Positions 58,221 to 64,000 of a DNA stretch of 64,000 nucleotides are shown here, in pieces. This stretch comes from Octopus sinensis. Taxonomy: Eukaryota. How positions within the stretch are numbered: the first letter of the stretch is position 1; each line of letters opens with the position of its first letter. The notes beneath the pieces are model-generated. The model was given only the letters and a program-made list of their open reading frames with translations, searched no databases and was not told the DNA's origin. The stretch spans positions 744,001 to 808,000 of the forward strand of contig NC_043002.1 of the NCBI RefSeq assembly GCF_006345805.1, in the 5' to 3' direction. The position numbers and the translations under genes were made by a program.

Positions 58221-58894
58221 TTTTCTATCCTTACCACCAAAATGTACGTTTGGATCTATCCAATTGTTTCAATGTGTGTGGAATATTGGGTAAATGAGAC
58301 CCAACTGCTTCAGGATGTTAATACTTGATCCATACAGCCTCAGGCCATCTACTAAGAAAAAGTAAGAAACGTTTTCGGTTTCCTTCTTATAGAGTTTTGT
58401 GAGCAGCTATTAATCTGTATTGTTTTCCTTTTCCTAGCTATCTTCATGTGTTAGAGTGTTATGTTACCTTCTCATGAGACATGAGAAGTTTGCCCAAAAT
58501 AATAATTACAATGCAGGGAGGATAATCTTGACAGTCATTCGGAGACACCAGAACCAGAATATATCTGCACTTTCAAAATAAAGTAGTTCTGCCGGAAAAT
58601 TCCAACAAAAACAGCCAGCTGGTGGAAACACAACAAACTTGATATTGTTCCTAGGGATAGGGAACAAATGCTGAGCATTGTTATAGGGATCAGCAGATGT
58701 GAATGCTTCATCTGAAGTTGCAGAAAATTGAACATTTATGACGAACTCTTGTAATCATGGCTACAGACTCTCTTTTGTACTCAGTATCAAAAGATTTAGA
58801 TAAAGCTTGGAAATGCTAAGTTTTCCAACAAACAACAGACTTGCATTCGACAAATCCATTTGATTCGTGGCATAGTGAAGATTTACCTTTTACC

Positions 58895-59245
58895 TTTTAC
58901 TTGTTTCGGTCATTGGTTTGTGGTATGATTGGATGTTGTCTGGAGAAGTTTAGTCAAACAAATCAAAACCCTGACCCAGTTTGCTATCTATTCAATTAGT
59001 CTCTTTTGCCTAACCCCTAAGTTACAGGGACATAAACAAACCCACACCAATTGTCAAGAAGTAGTGAGAGAGAAACACACACACACACACATATATATAG
59101 AACAGGCTGTCATACGGTTTCCAACTAGAAATTCACTCACAAAACATTGGTTAGCTTGAGGCTATACAAGATGACACCAGCCCAAGGTGCTGTGTAGTAG
59201 GACTGAAACTGAAACCACATGGTTACAAAGCAAGATTTTTAATTA
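58895..59245 (-). mobile_element. SINE family B copy
   Basis: Colinear with 44025-44385. Confidence 0.72.
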
Positions 59246-59564
59246 CAAAGCTAAACAAAGATTTTCCACCTAAATTTAGTAGCATAAAACATATACGCAT
59301 CATGACATACATTATAATAAAAAAGGTATACATGCATAAAGAGCATACACACAAATACTTGCATACTGAAGAGACATACAACTATTATAGGAGTGTATAT
59401 ACATTCATAGAGACGTGTGCTAACATCAAGCATGTCAATTTGTTAGTGACTGGCTTGGGATTATTGAGACCCTGACTTACCACCTGTCCTAATTTTGTTA
59501 AAATAGACATCAAAATATTAGAAATGTTACATTACAACTACAATCCAGGAATGGAACTGAACAT

Positions 59565-59735
59565 CATTTAACATTTGTTCTCCATGGGTTGAAGGACTTT
59601 ACAGGAGCTGGCAACCCAAAGAGCTGCACTAGGCTCCAACTGTCTGTTTTGGCAGGGTTTCTTTGGCTGGGATGCCCTTCCTAACACCAAATTACTTTAC
59701 AGAGTGTAGACTGTGTGCTTTTTATGTGGCACCAG
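59565..59735 (-). mobile_element. Decayed RTE 3' end
   Basis: catcatttaacatttgttctccatgggttg...gatgcccttcctaacacc. Confidence 0.65.
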
Positions 59736-60329
59736 CACAGACACTTTTCACAAAACTAAATACATTTACACACAAGTCAAAATATACATTTACAAATGTA
59801 ATAAACATTCATGCATGCACAGATCCATACATGCCTACCTACCTGAGAACTCAATGAAATAGCCTTGTTTCTCAGTTAAAAACTAGGTTTTTAAAAAAAT
59901 TAATCTATTTATTTTTCTATTCTTTTGTTGAGAAACTTAAAAATACAACCAGAAAAACATGTATGTACCTACTATACAGTATGAGGTTACTCCAACAATG
60001 AACATTGTCAGCGATAGGAAAGACTGTCCTGGCAGAAATACAGAGAATACTTGGTGTACATTCCCATTAAAACATCCACCAAAAGTAAATATAACAGGTA
60101 TCATATAGTTAATTTCGAAAGAAAAGAGACATTATATACTGTTACAGAACTCAACCACTCTGCAGATGTGAACATTTCTTTCAAAGTCAGTGACAGAAAG
60201 AATATTCCAAAACTACTGCTTCAAAACCTACATCTCAACCCAACTATCAAATTCACCTTTCACTTAAAATAATGGGTACATTTTAGTGTTTTACTAAATG
60301 TCTAAGAGATAATCCAAAACGTGAAAGAC

Positions 60330-60510
60330 TTCTGTAGAGAGCATGAGCTAGACCGTTCAACAGGATCCAAGGCAAAGAATTGCACTGAGCTCCAATGTCT
60401 GCTTTGACATGCTTTCTATGCCTCGATGCTCTTCCTAGTACCAAACACTTTACAGAGTGTAATTAGGTGCTGCTTCTGTAGCACCAGCACTAACAAGATC
60501 ACCAAGTAGG
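60330..60510 (-). mobile_element. Decayed RTE 3' end
   Basis: ctccaatgtctgctttgacatgctttcta...cttcctagtaccaaacactttacagagtg. Confidence 0.55.
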
Positions 60511-60689
60511 TCCCTCGACTGAGAAAGAAAGAAGTGGCTTTAATCGCTAGACAAGAGTGGATGCATGGTCTATGGTAAATATGCATTTGAGGAGAGGAAG
60601 GAGGTGATAAGTGACTGTGCTTGTGAGGGAAAGTGCCCAAACCACTTCCCCTCACAAGTGGAAGCACTGCAAGACAATATGTCAGGTTG

Positions 60690-61020
60690 TTTTTCAAACC
60701 AAATTTTCTGAATAGTTCCCAATCACATGTAGATTGAAGCAGGGTTGTATCCTTTTTATACTTGTCTGTGACACCTTTTCGACTCCCTCCAGACAATCCA
60801 GGTGATGACATGAGATACCAATTTGATGGTAGACTATTTAACATAGGCATATTTTGATCTCATTGACTTACCAACATTCAATGCATCTTAGAGTCTCAAT
60901 ACACAGATGACCATGCTACTCTTTATCACACATCAGGAATTGCAGCGATTAGTCAACAACTTCACCAGTTCATATGATTACTTCAGCCTCACAGTAAATA
61001 ACAAGACTGAAGACCGACCT
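60690..61020 (+). mobile_element. RT fragment of a second RTE lineage (BovB-like)
   Basis: Translatable pieces LKQGCI, RYQFDGRLFN, QYTDD and ELQRLVNNFTSS. Confidence 0.6.
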
Positions 61021-61139
61021 CTCTGATTTCAACATCATCTTGGATACTTTTCCTCACCACAAGTTGGCCACTTTCCCTATTTTAAAAGTATTCTTTCCAA
61101 TAAATATGCTCTGAAACAGGATGTAGAATAGTACCATTT

Positions 61140-63250
61140 ATCTTTCTTTTATTGTTTACTTATTTCGCCTTTAATTGTGTCCATGTTGGAGGACCACCAC
61201 TGGTGGCCCGAAACTTTTACTGATCCTCATTCTTTAAATAGTATTTAGGAAATGAAGGAGTTTAAAGTTGCTATCCTCAGTTGTGTTTCTTGCCTTGAAG
61301 TAGGTCATCTGGAATTCTGTATGGTAGAAGACCCAGTTGCTTTTTGAAGACATCTATATTCATGCCATGTAGGTCTCTCTAGTCTTTTGGTAGGATATTG
61401 AAAAGCTAAGGGTCTTTGAATCCTAAGCTATGATAGTATTTGGATTTAAATCTGGATGGCAAGGATGGGATCTTTGGCACTATGCAGGAGTGTCCTGTTC
61501 TGGAATTAGCATAGCTTTTAATGCCAAAGTTTGGTACAAATCCTTCCAGACATATTGTCTATCTTTCCTGTCTTTGCTCTAGGAAGCAGAGTCTTAACTG
61601 TTTTCCCAGTAGCTGATCTGCTGCACCAAGACAATCCTCATTAGATTGCTTCAAGTTCTGCCATTAATTTTACATTATGTGGTAACCACAATTGGGAGAC
61701 GGTCTCCAGAAGACCATCGTAGTCTCCTGCCCTCTTTTTCTGAGTTTTTTTTCAATCCATCGACATCGCTTCATTACTCATGTTTCTGCCCAGGTCATGT
61801 ACTGACAGTGATGTTGAGACTGCAGTCCCTCCACTGCAGAGTATTTTGTCTGCATTGCATTTAACTTTTTGTGCTGACAGTGGAGGGTTTGGAACCTTTC
61901 AGCATTAAATTGCTTATCATTTTCTTCAATCAGCTTATAAAAAGCCTTTAGGTTATGTTGCAGGTGTGTAACAAGCTTTTTATCACCTGTGATACTTTCT
62001 TATTGTCTGCATTGCTAGCATAGATGGCTGACTGTATAGCTGATGGCATATGAGAGAGCCACTATAAAACAGCAGTGATCCCAATCAGTACCCTGTGGGA
62101 CTCCACTCACTATCATCATTTCCTGGGAGATGGTACCATTGGCTATTACTGACTGACTTCTAACTTTTAAAAGTCATGCAGCCATTCTCCAAGCTTTCCA
62201 ACTATGCCTTGATCATGTATGACTAACTTTATCAAAGGCTTTTGCAAAACTAAGATAAATATATCCACATAATTTGAATAGCTGCACAACAGTTTTTTAA
62301 CAGCCAGTCATAATGTTGTAGGAGCTGAGTCAGACAGGTTCTTCCTGATCAAAAACCATGTTGGGTGTAAAATAGCAAGTCATTTTCTTCAAGGAATGTG
62401 ATTAGTTACCTCCTGACATTTCATTCTATGACTCTGCTGTGAAGTTAGAGATATGTCTTTAATTTTTAACATCTCTGTTTCTGCTTTTATAAATAGGGAT
62501 ATTGTTAAGCCTTGTTTTAACAAACTTAGAAGTTTGCTAATTACAAGAAAACTCTGGAAGACAGACTGCTGTTTTTAGAATATCTGAGAATCCATTAGGG
62601 CTAGTTGCCCAGTTTAGGCATATTCAATATTTCGCTTATCCTAGTGGGGCTTGAAGTTTAGGGAGCCATTTACTTGGAAGAATGATCCTACTCTGCAATG
62701 CACTGAGGCTGTTTCTTTAGCATATTTAAAGAAAGCTTTAAGGTTTGCTTTATATTTTGTATAACCCTGCCTTCTTTTTCTGCTCTCGCTTTTACAGAGC
62801 AGTATTGCAAATTTTTCTTAATCTCCAGCAGTGTCGTTTTATGACAGGATTTTTGATTGTTTATTTTGGTGGTTTGCAACCCTTGTTCTTCATAAGAACT
62901 TTCCTCTTACTGGGAATTTTGTTCTTGTGCAGTCGACTTTTCTCTCTAGGACAAATTTTATGCATTACTGACATAAATTGCTTATAGATGTCAGGTGTAG
63001 AGACACAGTTCTACCAATTCTCTCCTTCTATATTAATTTCTAGTTTGCTTTGTAGGAGTTCAGACTGGATAGAGCCTGGATGCTTCTTATAGACTGCATA
63101 CCTACTGCTTCCTTCAGCCATACATTGTCAGCTCTATTGCATTGTGATCCAATACTAAGCACCAGTGTCACGTTCACATTATAAAGAAGTTCCATATTAT
63201 TTGTGAAGCAGAGATCCAGGATATTGTTCACCGTGTTTGGGTGGAGAACC
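61140..63250 (-). mobile_element. Decayed CR1/L2-group LINE (endonuclease end, RT, C-terminus)
   Basis: NNILDLCFTNN (ORF 63040..63252), AKAFDKV (about 62240), GVPQGT (about 62095), and C-terminal LFNILPK...FKKQL...IPDDP. Confidence 0.8.
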
Positions 63251-63574
63251 ACTTGTACCGTAAGATGCTGGTGAGAATGAGGATGGGTTCTGCTTACTTT
63301 TCTTCACATCACACTCTCTCTCATATATATATTTGTATGAATGGATAGATATATACATATGTGTAAGCACAGTAAACAATACATACATTTATATGCACCC
63401 GATCCATTGCCTAAAGTTCTTAGTGTTGGGAAGGGCACCTGGCAGAAAAAATTAAGTCTAAATTAAACTTACAAGAGAAATGTGGTTCCCTAACCAGTCC
63501 AATTCATACCAGAGTGGAAAGCGGATGTAAAATGACGATGACAATAATCAGGATGTAAACAGGTAGAAATATCA

Positions 63575-63631
<57 letters not shown>

Positions 63632-63990
63632 GCATAAAGATTTACAAGTGTGCGTGAACGCGTGTGTACACACACACACACACACACAAGAGAGAGTGAG
63701 ATATAACACTGGCCAACGTCTTCGGGTATTAGGTTGCTTCAAATTGTGAGTTCAAATTCCGCTCAGGCCCACGATGTCTTCTTCTCGGGGTTTTCAAAAT
63801 TAGTACTGAATCCGATATAATCGTTTTCACCCTCAGAAGATGGAACCCGAACATAACCAACATCTAACGACTGAAGCTAGCGATATACAATAACAAGATA
63901 TATAAAGACACACACACACACACACCCATGCAAACAGACACATATTCATACATATACAAGCGTGTGTGTGTGTGTGTGTGTGTGTGTCTA
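63575..63990. repeat. (TA)n, (CA)n and (TG)n microsatellites flanking a diverged SINE family A-like segment (63715-63815, plus)
   Basis: Visible repeats, and tgtgagttcaaattccgc as a B-box-like motif. Confidence 0.7.
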
Positions 63991-64000
63991 TACACACATC

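Noticed and set aside
1-64000. tRNA genes, rRNA, NUMTs, bacterial contamination or horizontally acquired genes
   Set aside because: The A/B-box-like motifs belong to SINE heads without cloverleaf structure, and nothing rRNA-like, mitochondrial or operon-like was seen.

Overview
This is AT-rich, intron-rich animal genomic DNA, most likely from an Octopus species (inferred from the repeat landscape: RTE LINEs with (GAT)n tails, tRNA-derived SINEs, long (TA)/(TACA) microsatellites). One host gene dominates: an INO80D-like gene (INO80 chromatin-remodelling complex subunit D) on the minus strand. I reconstructed 11 coding exons by hand, from ATG 50749 to TAG 6005. All introns are GT-AG with matching phases, giving 4197 nt and 1398 aa (1409 aa if an alternative in-frame donor is used). 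The first coding exon has its own splice acceptor, so the 5' UTR exon(s) and promoter lie further right, possibly beyond the window. The two large introns (17.4 kb and 14.5 kb) and the upstream region are filled with RTE LINEs, a CR1/L2-group LINE, two mariners, piggyBac-type elements and MITEs, Helitron-type elements and SINEs. There are no prokaryotic genes, CRISPR array, rRNA or tRNA genes, and most supplied ORFs are microsatellite or antisense artefacts. I found no unambiguous new biological system. The best leads are: a degenerate N-terminal zinc finger in INO80D, a PHD-like finger inside the RTE reverse transcriptase ORF, a variable-number hairpin minisatellite in the RTE 3' UTR, apparent targeting of young RTE copies to microsatellites or their own tails, and long intronic inverted repeats that could be ADAR substrates.
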